The translations under genes were made by a program, and so were the position numbers. From Mayamaea pseudoterrestris (taxonomy: Eukaryota): a DNA stretch of 64,000 nucleotides. Location: positions 124,001-188,000 of the forward strand of contig BROI01000031.1 of assembly GCA_027923505.1 (NCBI GenBank), written 5' to 3'. Under the pieces are notes generated by a model. That model had not been told where the DNA came from. It made no database searches and saw only the letters and a program-made list of their open reading frames with translations. This document shows positions 1 to 10,406 of the stretch, in pieces (the stretch's first letter is position 1; each line of letters begins with the position of its first letter).

Positions 1-451
1 CGTTTGGCCAAATGCTGGCGTCATGCCAACTCTTCAATCCAGTCTGCAAGTGCGGGCAATTGGTGCGCGCCGCGTTTTGCACGAGCCGTGGTGTCGGTGG
101 ATCGGGCAGTGAAACAACCTTAGAGTTACTCGTTGTCGTAATATAAGGACCTGGCGGAATGGGTGGCAGCAACGCGCGAGCTTGGCCAACAATATCAGCA
201 GTAGTATCAATACTCGCTTGACACTTGCGTCGACATTGGTCGCGACAAATCTGCCGGAGGCGTTTACCGGAACGCAAGTCAAAAAGTGAGCAAAGCTGCC
301 TGGGATTTTGTTGGACTTTGCGGCAGCGGAGAGACTGCTTCGTCGAGTCGACTTGAATGAGGACACGCTGGTTTGGACTATTGCCGCATGCTTGCGTTGA
401 GTGTAAGATGATTGATAAACAAATGAGGATGAGTGCATGCTGGTGTGTCAT
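1..451 (-). CDS. G8-domain secreted protein, 5' part (left copy; truncated by the window edge)
   Basis: ATG at 451 opens MTHQHALILICLSIILHSTQA..., which stays open to the edge and is colinear with the first 451 nt of the complete copy at 56054. Confidence 0.85.
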   Translation of the reverse strand, partial: MTHQHALILICLSIILHSTQACGNSPNQRVLIQVDSTKQSLRCRKVQQNPRQLCSLFDLRSGKRLRQICRDQCRRKCQASIDTTADIVGQARALLPPIPPGPYITTTSNSKVVSLPDPPTPRLVQNAARTNCPHLQTGLKSWHDASIWPN

Positions 452-943
452 TCTGGCCTTGTCGTGTCGGTCGCGGTGAAATGATGGTGGAAGCGTGAGA
501 TGCTTGTATGGCGTGAACGTTGATCACAGCGGGCTGTCGCTTCGCATGAATTGCGTTTGTGGTTGAATGACAGCAGCAACAGAATAATGCTAAATTGAAT
601 GACTTGCCGCAAGCGGTCCCGCAATGTTTCTGGGCCTGACCAATTCCGCGCGGTTTGTGAGTCGAACGTCTACCCCAATAATCCTGAAGTAGGCTTTGCG
701 TGATCGTAGAATGTCTTATGCCTTCAACAGCGAGTGGGATTATGCTGGTTGTTGTTCGCCGCAATTTTACTATCTTGGGTCATTGTCGTGAGTAAAATTG
801 GTTTTGGGAAAACAGCCATGGCTCACGGGAAGCGTCTTGGGCCGCATTCGTGAATACTATAGCAGTCACGTATCGTATCGTACCGGTATGAATAAGGTTA
901 GTTAGCTAATGATAACTCGATCTCTAACTATCTCGTTCGAAAT

Positions 944-961
944 AAGATTCGGCGAGATTCG
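944..961 (-). promoter_or_regulatory. Tandem YGAATCTH motifs (candidate PSR phosphate-starvation elements) upstream of VTC4
   Basis: CGAATCTT (944-951) and CGAATCTC (954-961) on the minus strand, 10 bp apart. Both are conserved at 55535-55552. Extra GAATCT cores occur at 1009-1014 and 1072-1077. Confidence 0.55.
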
Positions 962-1097
962 ACCGCGCTGGCGCGCGCTTGCGCAGGTGCGGAGGCAGCG
1001 CACCACGAGAATCTTGGACGAGCTGTTCTGTGGCAGCAGCTTCCTTTGCAAATTGAAACAGTAGCAGCAGTAGATTCTTTTGCGACACTCTTTTTAG

Positions 1098-3450
1098 ATG
1101 AAGTACGGAGAACATTTAAAGGCGAACATTGCGCCCGAGTATGGACCGGATGTTTACTTGCAGTATGAGACGCTCGATCAAACCATTTCGCAACTGGCAA
1201 AGGTCAAGCCGTCGAGGTATGTTTCTTTGATGTGATAAAATTTTTGCATGGAACGAGTGAATGATATTGATGTCTCAATTCATTTCCCTCCCTATTTCTT
1301 CATCATCATCCAGCGCCATTGAGAACAATCGCGTCGTGAGCATGACGGCGCCTCCGCAAACCAACGCGCAGGGCCTCGACACGTCGCACGTGGACGTGAC
1401 GGAGGAACACTTTCTGCGCCTCTTGGAGTCGGAAATGATCAAGGTGGAAACGTTTACCTTGGAAAAGGTCACGGAGCTGCGCAACAAGATTTCCGAAACG
1501 GAACTCAAGATCAACGACGCCAAGCGATTCCAGCCGGCGCAAGTGTTGGTGGCGGCGGATGAAATTGCCAATGACTTTTTGCGGCTCGAAATGTATGTCA
1601 ATATTAATTTCATGGGCTTTCACAAGATTTTGAAAAAGCACGACAAGAACCTTCCCAACTTGGCCTGCAAGGCTTTTTACGTGAATCGTTTGCACGCGCA
1701 AGCCTGGGTGCGCGGCGACTACTCGGACATTGTCGTGCGGCTGTCCAACATTTACGCCACCTGCCGCGAGGATCACGTGGCGCAGGAAGCCGACCAGGCG
1801 ACGCAGTCCTTTAGCCGCAGCACGAGCAAGTATTGGGTCAAGACGGAGGATGTTTCGCGCGTCAAGTACGCCGTGCTAAGGCACTTGCCAGTCTTTTTGC
1901 AAAAGACGTCGACGGGGGAGTCGGATAGTCAGTTTACGAATAGTGTTTATGTTGATAATGATCAGTTGGAGTTGTATCATGGGCGATTGGAAAAGTTGCC
2001 GGGAGCGATTGCTTTGAGGTTGCGTTGGTATGGACCGGGTGATCCGGATGTCGTTTTTGTCGAGCGCAAGACGCATAATGATAGTTGGACGGGTGAGGTA
2101 TCGGTCAAGGAGCGGTTCATGGTGAGTGAAAATTCATGTTTATTGTGGAAGTCAGAAAGTGAACGATAGTATGGGCGCTCACAATTCGACCATTCGTTCC
2201 GTCGTCGTTTCGTGCAGATCAAGGAATCGGAAGTTCACCAAGTTTTGACAAACACGTACCCGATTGCACAAAAGAAGAAGGAAATGCTTGCCAAGGGCAA
2301 GTCGCAAAAGGAAGCTGACGAGTGGGAGACGCTTGTTCGCGAAATTACCCAAGTCTGCGTCTCCAAGCAACTGGTTCCAACCATGCGGACGCAGTGCATG
2401 CGCACGGCGTTTCAAATTCCGTTCGATGCCACCGTGCGCGTCTCGCTGGATACGAACCTTTGCATGATTTCGGAACGAGGCTATGATTTGCAGGACATGA
2501 AGGTGTGGCATCGCGATCCTGAATGGGTACTGGAGAAGAATGAAATTCATCGCTTTCCGCATGCCGTCTTGGAGATCAAGTTGGAACTCAAGGGCGATAC
2601 GATGGTGCCTCCCAAGTGGGTGACGGATCTGCAAAACTCGGGACTCCTTTACGAGTGTCACAAGTATTCCAAGTATGTTCATGGCTGCGCCGTTTTGCTG
2701 CCGGAGGATGTGCAGGCAGTGCCATACTGGGTGGATGATGTGAGTTTGCGCCAGTCCATCATTGACTCGGAGGGACAGCGCATTTTGGCGGATGAAAGTG
2801 TCGGCGTCGGAGCTGGTGCCAATGAAGTCTACAGTCACTTGTTGCCATTTGGTTCGACGGTGAATGATCGAAGTCTCATCGCCGTTGGCCGCACGGCTGC
2901 CGATAGGGCATCGGCTTCGGGTTTGGTCGGCGAACGGGCTCCTTTGCTGCATGACAACCAAAACGGTGCCAAATTCTACGATGACGAAGATGACTTTTTG
3001 GGAGACGAGGAAGAGGAAGATGGTGTTTGCAGCAGTTGGTGCTTCCCTTTTTGTAGCTCCCACAACGAGACCTTGCTTGCTCCCACAGGGGTACAGAAGA
3101 TTGAACCAAAAGTATTCTTTGCAAACGAGCGTACCTTTCTACATTGGTTGCACCACGCGGTTGTCCTCTCAACGATTGCGGCTGGGGTCCTGGCATTCAG
3201 CGACGAGTCCGGAAACACTTGGGGCGAGTGGTACGCTCTTTGCTTATTGCCCATCTCGCTAGCTTTTTGCATTTATGCTCTCAATACATTTTTATGGAGA
3301 AGTGAGCGCATCAAAAACAGAATTCCAACGAGATGGGATGATGTTTTTGGCCCCATGGTGCTTGGCTGGTGCCTCTGCGTTGTGCTGGCAGTGAATTTTC
3401 TCACAAAGCTAGTGGAGATTGCCAAGCAAGATGCGCCTGGCATTCTTTAG
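1098..3450 (+). CDS. VTC4: Vacuolar transporter chaperone 4-like polyphosphate polymerase (SPX + VTC + DUF202 TM), 3 exons: 1098-1216, 1314-2121, 2218-3450 (719 aa)
   Basis: SPX start MKYGEHL and 'YVNINFMGFHKILKKHDK'. VTC motifs 'RLRWYG', 'FVERKTH', 'RVSLDTNL', 'FPHAVLEIKL', 'YSKY'. C-terminal 'KIEPKVFFANERTFLHW' followed by 3 TM helices. GT-AG introns join the exons in frame. Confidence 0.9.
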
Positions 3451-3843
3451 CGCGGATTGACTCAGTATTCTATTTTTCATAGTATTTTCAAACTTTTTAT
3501 GGAATGTTATTGTTGTCCGATAGGCTTGATACGCATATGGCGGACAGCATGTGATGCAACGTTATCTGACGCATCTTTGTGGCTACGCAAGCTTAGCCTA
3601 TATAGGCTTTCATTAAAACACACAAGTGAATTATGCGATCGGCGTTAACTGTAAATCTACACATTCGTTGTAAATTAGTAACCAATTCGGGAGGATTTCG
3701 CATGGGCGTCGCAAAGCTGTCAGTGGAACGGCAATGAGTAGGACAACGTACTGTCAGCAGAAAAATTGGCAAGAGGTGCAGTAGCAGTTTGTGGCATTTT
3801 TATGTGGCGAAAAGGGGCAGGCACGAGACAAAAAGAAGAATAA

Positions 3844-5681
3844 CTATTTTTCACCGATAGTAGATTTGGTTTCGGCCAACTTGGCAGCGATCCGCTTGCA
3901 ATCAGCCTTGTGCATCTTCCAATCGGCCTTCTGGCATGTCCTCGAACTGGTATTAAGTGTGAATGCGAATCTGAGATGTTATACGTCGCCCACCATGTTA
4001 TTTTTATTGCGCCATTTAGTACTCACCAATATTGGATGCTGCGACACTGCGTGCATTTCAACAGCTTATGTTGCTCAACATATTGCTCAGCATATTCACA
4101 ATTTTCATTGCCACAGCTAAGCGCCAGTTCTCGAGGGTCACAGTTATCAAACATAGTATTGCGCGCCTCTTGCATTGCCTTGTCAGAGTCACATGCGATC
4201 CGGCGGATAGGAATCACCAAATTAGGTCGTTTCCACGCACAAACGGCGGCGCGAAAGGACGAGACCGAACCTGCCATGAACGCTTTTTGAAGAGTTTTTG
4301 TCATCCGCCTTCTATCATTCAAGTGCTCGTGAATTCCATGGGCCGTACCCTCGCTGTCGTCAGCGGTAATGAAAATATTGACTGCGGCAGCGAAGAGGTG
4401 CCAAACGTCATTAACAATCTCGGCAGCTGCTCCGTCAGGTAAATCACTCACCCATCCTTGGTAGAGTTTTAAAAGACAATCAATCCCTATCCACAGCATT
4501 GGTTCATTGATAGCATCATTCAAAGGTAAGCTTTTGAAGATTCTTGAGAATGCCGCAACGAACGCACCTTCACCGTTTGCCCAAGCACGGCCGCTCGTAT
4601 ACGCTCGACCCTGGGCGCAGCGCTCACAAACCTCGCGAGACAAAATTTCTGGAAGAAGAGAGGTTTCAAACTTGAGACTAACGGGATCATCTTTGCGCTT
4701 CTCGGCCTTGTAAAAGTCTGCAACTTGCCCATACAGTAAAGCGGCCTCATGAAACATGGAGCACGCCTCCATGCACGTAGCGACGCTTGTTAGCTGTATG
4801 GCCAAGCATCGTTTCGATCTCGTTTGTGAATCCATGTCTGCCAAGATGACTGCAAGATCCAGCGACTCCTCCATACATTCTCGTCCCAAGTAAAGTTCGT
4901 TCAGATAGCTGGTCACATAGCGAAAAGTGTTGATTCCAAGCTCGTGGCCGCTCAGTCGACAGATCATGTGAAACACTCGCGCAACCAGAGCACGATTCTG
5001 ACTTGGTGTGAGCTTTTGAAAACGGGGGTCCGAAAGATCGTCGCTGATTTCGTGACTTAGTGCTTTGCATCTCTTATCGACCTCTGGACAAAAGGTGACG
5101 AGTCCCACTTCTACAAGATTACCGTCCGCTTGCTTCTCAAATAGTGTCGCGACAAACAAGGGCGAGCATGCTTCGAGAGTAAGATCGTCGGGGAAGACAT
5201 GCATCCATTCAACCACTAGATTGGTACCATGGAAAATGTTTCTGTACAGCGATTCACTTGCTGAGTCTATGAAAACAGAATCTTCCCTTTGAATTCCTGG
5301 AAGCTTTTTAATGGAAGGACGATTCATCTTGCCGTACGGCGTATCCAAATCCAGTATGAGAGGCTTTTTCGATGTAGCAAATCCATGACATGGAAATTTT
5401 TTAGCAACGAAATCGCAAATGCTCAGGCGAATAGAAGTCATCATCTTGCGAATCAACACTAAGTCTTTACCCTGCTTCTTCACAATAGGAGACTTTCTCT
5501 TTCGGATCGGCGAGCTACTATAGGGAAGTATCTCGTCAATGACGACGCGATGCCGTGCCGTTTGCTGAGAATCATAATCACAAGCCCAATCCAACATGTA
5601 CCCATATTTTCCGTCGTGCTCTCCAGCCGTCAGCAGCACATAGTCTCCACGCTGAAGCTGGATTTGAGCAGCATCGCTCAT
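3844..5681 (-). CDS. MYND-type zinc finger protein, 2 exons: 5681-4027, 3946-3844
   Basis: Splicing the GTGAGT...CCAG intron completes a MYND finger: CGNENC...KLLKCTQCRSIQYC-SRTCQKADWKMHKADC. The N-terminal region is not recognised. Confidence 0.8.
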
Positions 5682-6117
5682 GATGCAATGGTTGATAGAT
5701 AGTAGTGTAAATTGGTATCAAAATGTCATCAATTTTTAGAAAAAAGATTGTGACGAATGTCACTGTCATCTCGTCCGTTTCATCTCGTGGATGAGCATCG
5801 TCGCATCCTGTCGCAGAAGTACCAGTACGACGTCAACAATCGCAGCAGCAAAAAATAGTTAGAAGATGTTTTATAGGCAAAACTCGAATCCGTGGCAGCA
5901 CCATTCCTAAAGGCAGTGGCATTGTTCTATAAACAATACAATGTCTTCGCATTCGAGCTTATTTATGTGATGCATCAGCTAAACTGCCTACCGGATCCAG
6001 CGACGGTGCAGGTGCTTTTACTTCGCCGTTCAACATGAGCAATACTACCTACATGCTTTTAACAGTCACACAAGTTGTCATTCGTCTAAAGCAATGCATT
6101 TTCTATCTATCATGCGT

Positions 6118-9111
6118 TTATGATGAATCAGCATCTCCGTCTTCCTTGCTGCTTGGAGATGATTGACAGTCTACGACAGAACCAAGTATCAGCGCTTGAA
6201 TCTCGTGAGCAGTGACAAGAGACCCATGCTGATCCGTCGCAACGTTTGCAATTGGAGGCGCAATGCCCAAAGGAAGCCATCGAGTTGTAGCCTTTGGTCC
6301 ATGCATGCAGTGGCGATCCGCCCAAATCGTCACGTTGCGAAGCAGCGTAGGTAGTGGCATGAGCATGACACCTCCAGCTTGCTTTGCGTTGAATCTATGG
6401 TTCATAACGTCCTGTCGACCATCAAGATAGTCCCAAAGCGAGTGCGTTCTCTGTCGAATGCCAGCGACCAGCTCGCGCTCGCGCTCCGTATCGCACAGAA
6501 ACGTTCCAAAGCGGCACGAGTAGACATGCTCACTCATGACCAGCAGATACTTGGTGTTGAATTCGAAGCATTCCGGATACTGATTCACTAGTTGAAAGAC
6601 GCAATCCAAAAATTGAATAAAGATGGGCGATATTTGGCCTTCATCAACCGCCGGAACACTCGTGCCATTTGGTCCGCCCGAGTCGCCACGGCCTTCGCCA
6701 TGAGCGCATCGCGTATGAAACGGATGACCAAAACTCATAAAATCCTTCTCCACCAGCGTCGAAAAGCCTTCGCGCGTTCGATAGAATGGATCCAGCATTA
6801 ACTGCGCAAGCGCTGCCACTTGGCTTGTCCGATCCCATCCATGCGAGCAGTGCAGCAAGACTGGATACCGATACACTTGGATCCAAAAGGCAGACTCCCA
6901 GGCCGCCGCCAGCAAGAGTCGCACCATGGATGGCCACTTGGTATCTTCGACGAGAGAGTTCCAGTTCAAGTCCGTCGTCGTTGGACTTGTGCACACGGCG
7001 CTCAACTTATGATACGCGTCGCGAACCTTGTGAATATTGTCAATGCCGCAAAACTGAATTGTCGCTCCAGGATAATTGGAAACACTCTCGTATCCATATC
7101 CGCCGGTGCGATTCGCCATGGCCGCACTCTTTGGTCGCAAATCCATAATCTTGAGACAGGGTTGACCAGATCCTGCATCCAACGTAATGTTATTGCCCGT
7201 CAGTGCCTGCATTTGCGCCACGTTCAGCAACGGAATAGATCCCGGCGCATGCTGCAGCGCATTGGCACTCGCGGCTGCCTCCAGCACATGCTTCAGCAGC
7301 AATTCATCGGCCGGACTGCGATTGCCCTGGAAACCAACCTTTGGCTGCGAGGCGCGCCACAAACTGGCACCGTCAATGCCGCTGCTCCACGTTAGCACGG
7401 GCAAGCGATGTTCACTCCGAAAGGCGGCGCACTGCATCAGTAGATTGCGCGCCTGCAGATTGGTTTCCGGATTGAGTGACGCCGGACCAGCCAGCAGCAT
7501 GCCAGGATATGACGCGCACAGCTGGTACTGATGGTTCAAAGTCGGATAGACCATCCAGGGATGCTTGCCGGGAGCTAGTTGCCGCTGGAACTCGGACATT
7601 GTGAATCTTGCTCGCGTCGGCTCGCATGTCACAATTGGGGTGGATGGACTTGGCGATTGAGCGAGTGACTGTTGCTGTTGCTGACCAGTAGGTGTCGTTG
7701 GATCCGCCACTGCCGCCGGCTGCTTTTGCTGCTGCAAACTCTTCATGACTTCCAGTCGTCGACTCTCAAAGGCAAACAAGTAGCCCAAATTGCGTCGACC
7801 CGGAAAGGCATAGGTTTGCAGCGCCTGATGCGCCCGTATTGTGTCTTGGTAACTTGCCGTCGTGATGCGAAGCACGCGCTGATTGTCCTTGCCGGTCAAG
7901 ACGAGTCCCATCATGCTGCTGCTGCTGGATGGTAGATTGTTGTTGCTACTATTGCCAGACGACGGCGAGTTCATACCGTTGCTGCTGCTCGTCGAAAAGA
8001 CACTCTTTTCCACGCGCTCCAAGCTCGAGAGCGGAATCTGCATCAAGAGTTTGGTGGGAGCCCTGGGCCAGCACGAAACGTTCCAGTCGGCTGGTGGTAA
8101 TGCTGGCTCTTGTCGAGTCAATAATGGAACGATTGTGGCACTACTGTTGCTAGTCGCGTCGCCTTTAACAGAGTCACTTGCGCCACTGCTTGAGTTCGTT
8201 GGTAGCTGCTGCTGCTCGTCGTAACCAAAGATAATGACGCGATAAAAGGTCATGGCGCAGCCAATCACTTGCTGCCTCGGCATTCCCACAGTATTATAGT
8301 AGTATGACTGCCCGCTCGAGTCACTCACGTGCAGCAAATGATTCAGAAACATAATGACTTGTTCGCCTTCAAGCAAGTCGACTACTGTTTTGAGTAGTTC
8401 GAGCTTTTGCTCCTTGTCCAGTTCCGGTGGTGTGGAGGAAGCTGCGGTGACTGTGTTTGTTGTTGTTATTGATTGCTGCTGCTGCAACTGTAACTGCTGC
8501 TGCATTTGCATTTGCGTATTCATATTATTGTTATAATTCTGCTGCATCATAACATTATCACTCGTCGACGCCATGTTGCTCGCCGCCTGCTGCGCCAAAT
8601 GAAACATGGAAGCCGCCATGCGCTGCGCGTCGCTGCCAAACTTTTGCGCCTGCTGCTTGAGCAACTGGGAGGCTGGTGGCTGCTGATTTAGATCCAAGTT
8701 GTTGTTGGTAAATGATGAGTAGGGAGACGTACTTGATGTTGCCGCATTGGGAGTGTAGTAAAGGTTCGTTGATGCAGTGTCAACGCGGAGCGGCGACTGG
8801 GAAGCAAGCACGGAGAGCGGATCGTCAAGCTGCTTTACGCCATTGCTGCTGCCATTGTCGTTCAAAGTGGTAGTAGCAGTAGCAGCAGTAGTAGCCGCCG
8901 CCAATGGATGACTACCGCTAATCTTTGGTAAAGAAGCATCTGCCGCCATGTCGTCGTCGTCGCAATCATCCACTTCGTAATCGTCGTCGTCGTCAATGGT
9001 GAAGCTTGCGGCGACGCCTCCCTCCGTGTGAATGTCAATGTCATCCATGAGCTGCTGCGCCTCGTCGAGGGCCGACTGAAAAGCGTTGTTTTTGTTGGAT
9101 GTAGTCGCCAT
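6118..9111 (-). CDS. Myotubularin-family phosphoinositide 3-phosphatase (997 aa)
   Basis: Motifs 'YQLCASYP', 'FRSEHRLPVLTW', 'GYGYES', 'IDNIHKVR', CX5R 'LLHCSHGWDRTSQV', 'LMLDPFYRT', 'SPIFIQFLDCVFQL', 'FEFN', 'FGTFLCDTERER'. Confidence 0.93.
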   Translation of the reverse strand: MATTSNKNNAFQSALDEAQQLMDDIDIHTEGGVAASFTIDDDDDYEVDDCDDDDMAADASLPKISGSHPLAAATTAATATTTLNDNGSSNGVKQLDDPLSVLASQSPLRVDTASTNLYYTPNAATSSTSPYSSFTNNNLDLNQQPPASQLLKQQAQKFGSDAQRMAASMFHLAQQAASNMASTSDNVMMQQNYNNNMNTQMQMQQQLQLQQQQSITTTNTVTAASSTPPELDKEQKLELLKTVVDLLEGEQVIMFLNHLLHVSDSSGQSYYYNTVGMPRQQVIGCAMTFYRVIIFGYDEQQQLPTNSSSGASDSVKGDATSNSSATIVPLLTRQEPALPPADWNVSCWPRAPTKLLMQIPLSSLERVEKSVFSTSSSNGMNSPSSGNSSNNNLPSSSSSMMGLVLTGKDNQRVLRITTASYQDTIRAHQALQTYAFPGRRNLGYLFAFESRRLEVMKSLQQQKQPAAVADPTTPTGQQQQQSLAQSPSPSTPIVTCEPTRARFTMSEFQRQLAPGKHPWMVYPTLNHQYQLCASYPGMLLAGPASLNPETNLQARNLLMQCAAFRSEHRLPVLTWSSGIDGASLWRASQPKVGFQGNRSPADELLLKHVLEAAASANALQHAPGSIPLLNVAQMQALTGNNITLDAGSGQPCLKIMDLRPKSAAMANRTGGYGYESVSNYPGATIQFCGIDNIHKVRDAYHKLSAVCTSPTTTDLNWNSLVEDTKWPSMVRLLLAAAWESAFWIQVYRYPVLLHCSHGWDRTSQVAALAQLMLDPFYRTREGFSTLVEKDFMSFGHPFHTRCAHGEGRGDSGGPNGTSVPAVDEGQISPIFIQFLDCVFQLVNQYPECFEFNTKYLLVMSEHVYSCRFGTFLCDTERERELVAGIRQRTHSLWDYLDGRQDVMNHRFNAKQAGGVMLMPLPTLLRNVTIWADRHCMHGPKATTRWLPLGIAPPIANVATDQHGSLVTAHEIQALILGSVVDCQSSPSSKEDGDADSS

Positions 9112-9392
9112 GAATTCTTGGAGAATTGCAGCGTACGTTTAGAGTGTGACTTGTTGTGACTCTTGGAGCGAATCCAGATACTTTGACTCCGACAATGAAT
9201 ATCTAATGCAAAATAAACTCGTCGTTAACTTGTCAATTTGCGGAACGCAAGGTTTTGTCGAGTGTAAAGGTACGACGACGACGGACAATTCTTCCGTGCG
9301 ACTTCTGCCGTTCGAACGCCCCATGGTGGGATGACCGTTGCGCGCGCGGAAACCGCGAGTCACGCTTATCGCGAACCTTAACTGTGAGAAAA

Positions 9393-9442
9393 TGACGTCA
9401 TTCAACCCCAATCCTGACGTCAAACTGCATGAAATGACGTCA
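9393..9442. promoter_or_regulatory. Cluster of three TGACGTCA (CRE/bZIP-type) palindromes in a divergent promoter
   Basis: TGACGTCA at 9393-9400, 9415-9422 and 9435-9442. Two copies are retained in the mirrored arm (47122-47129, 47154-47161). Confidence 0.55.
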
Positions 9443-9554
9443 TGGAGTGGCTTCGATCCGCTTGTTCCACCATGAGGATTGGACGTGCGATTGAAGCGAC
9501 GCGGTCTTTATGTTGACAGTCAGGAACTCTCTTTTAATCTCCTTATCATCTAGC

Positions 9555-10228
9555 ATGTCACTCTCTACTTCATTGGCACTGCGCAGTCAGCGACTGGCGC
9601 TTGTCGCTGCGGCAAAAAAGTCGACAACAAGCTCCTCCTTGACGCTGCGTTCCTTTCACGCTTCCAGCTTGACCAAGGGAAACATGACGCCGCCCCTTCC
9701 AGCCTTTAAACGAAGTCCGCCCAAGCAGTCGTCGGTATGTCACGAAATCATGAACAATGGAAGAAACTGGTTTTGCTAGTTTAATACTGATTTTGCAAAA
9801 TGGAGCGAACAAAATTGACTCTCGTGTATTGAATTCATTTCCTCACCATTCCTTTCACAACTATTCACACAGCTCATTGAAAACTACGACGCGCTGTGGG
9901 ACGATGGCGTCGCCCCGGAGCTGGCGCTCGACTTTGACATGCCGAGCGTTAGCTCCGGCGAGGCGCTGCAAACGTTCATGCTGGCGTTTGGTGCCTTTGC
10001 CGGCTTGTATGGCGTTCTTTGTTTGATTAGTAGTGGAGACGATAATCCGGCGCTGAGTCATGCGAGTGATTGGTGAGTAATAATAATATGTATAAATGTA
10101 TATGTGATTGCGAGCTTGACCTTCTCGACGCAGGCTTGGTCGACTGCAGTGCAAGCTAACATGTCCTTCTTTACGCTCGCAGCGTTGACAAGGACTGGAG
10201 CAACCATGAAGCAGCTCCATTAACGTAA
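9555..10228 (+). CDS. Small mitochondrial protein, NADH dehydrogenase (complex I) subunit NDUFB8/ASHI-like, 3 exons: 9555-9734, 9873-10072, 10183-10228
   Basis: Ser/Arg-rich transit peptide ending 'RSFHAS'. Exon 2 'LIENYDALWDDGVAPELALDFD...EALQTFMLAFGAFAGLYGVLCL' resembles the plant-type B8 'ELxWDxG..PE..xD' motif plus one TM helix. Exons and splice sites are conserved in the mirror copy with synonymous changes. Confidence 0.65.
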
Positions 10229-10406
10229 AAGAAAAAAATATTAGCGTTATAAACAGGTTAATGATTGAAATTAATGCAAGTATTTGGGCCAGGCACGAGT
10301 GCAGCAGCAGTACGTGTATGTATTTATGATGTGCGTTTAATCTAAAAGGTAGCGAGAGGAGCCAGGATGTGGCTTGATTCTCCATGGACCGCCGCCGCAA
10401 GCTGCT

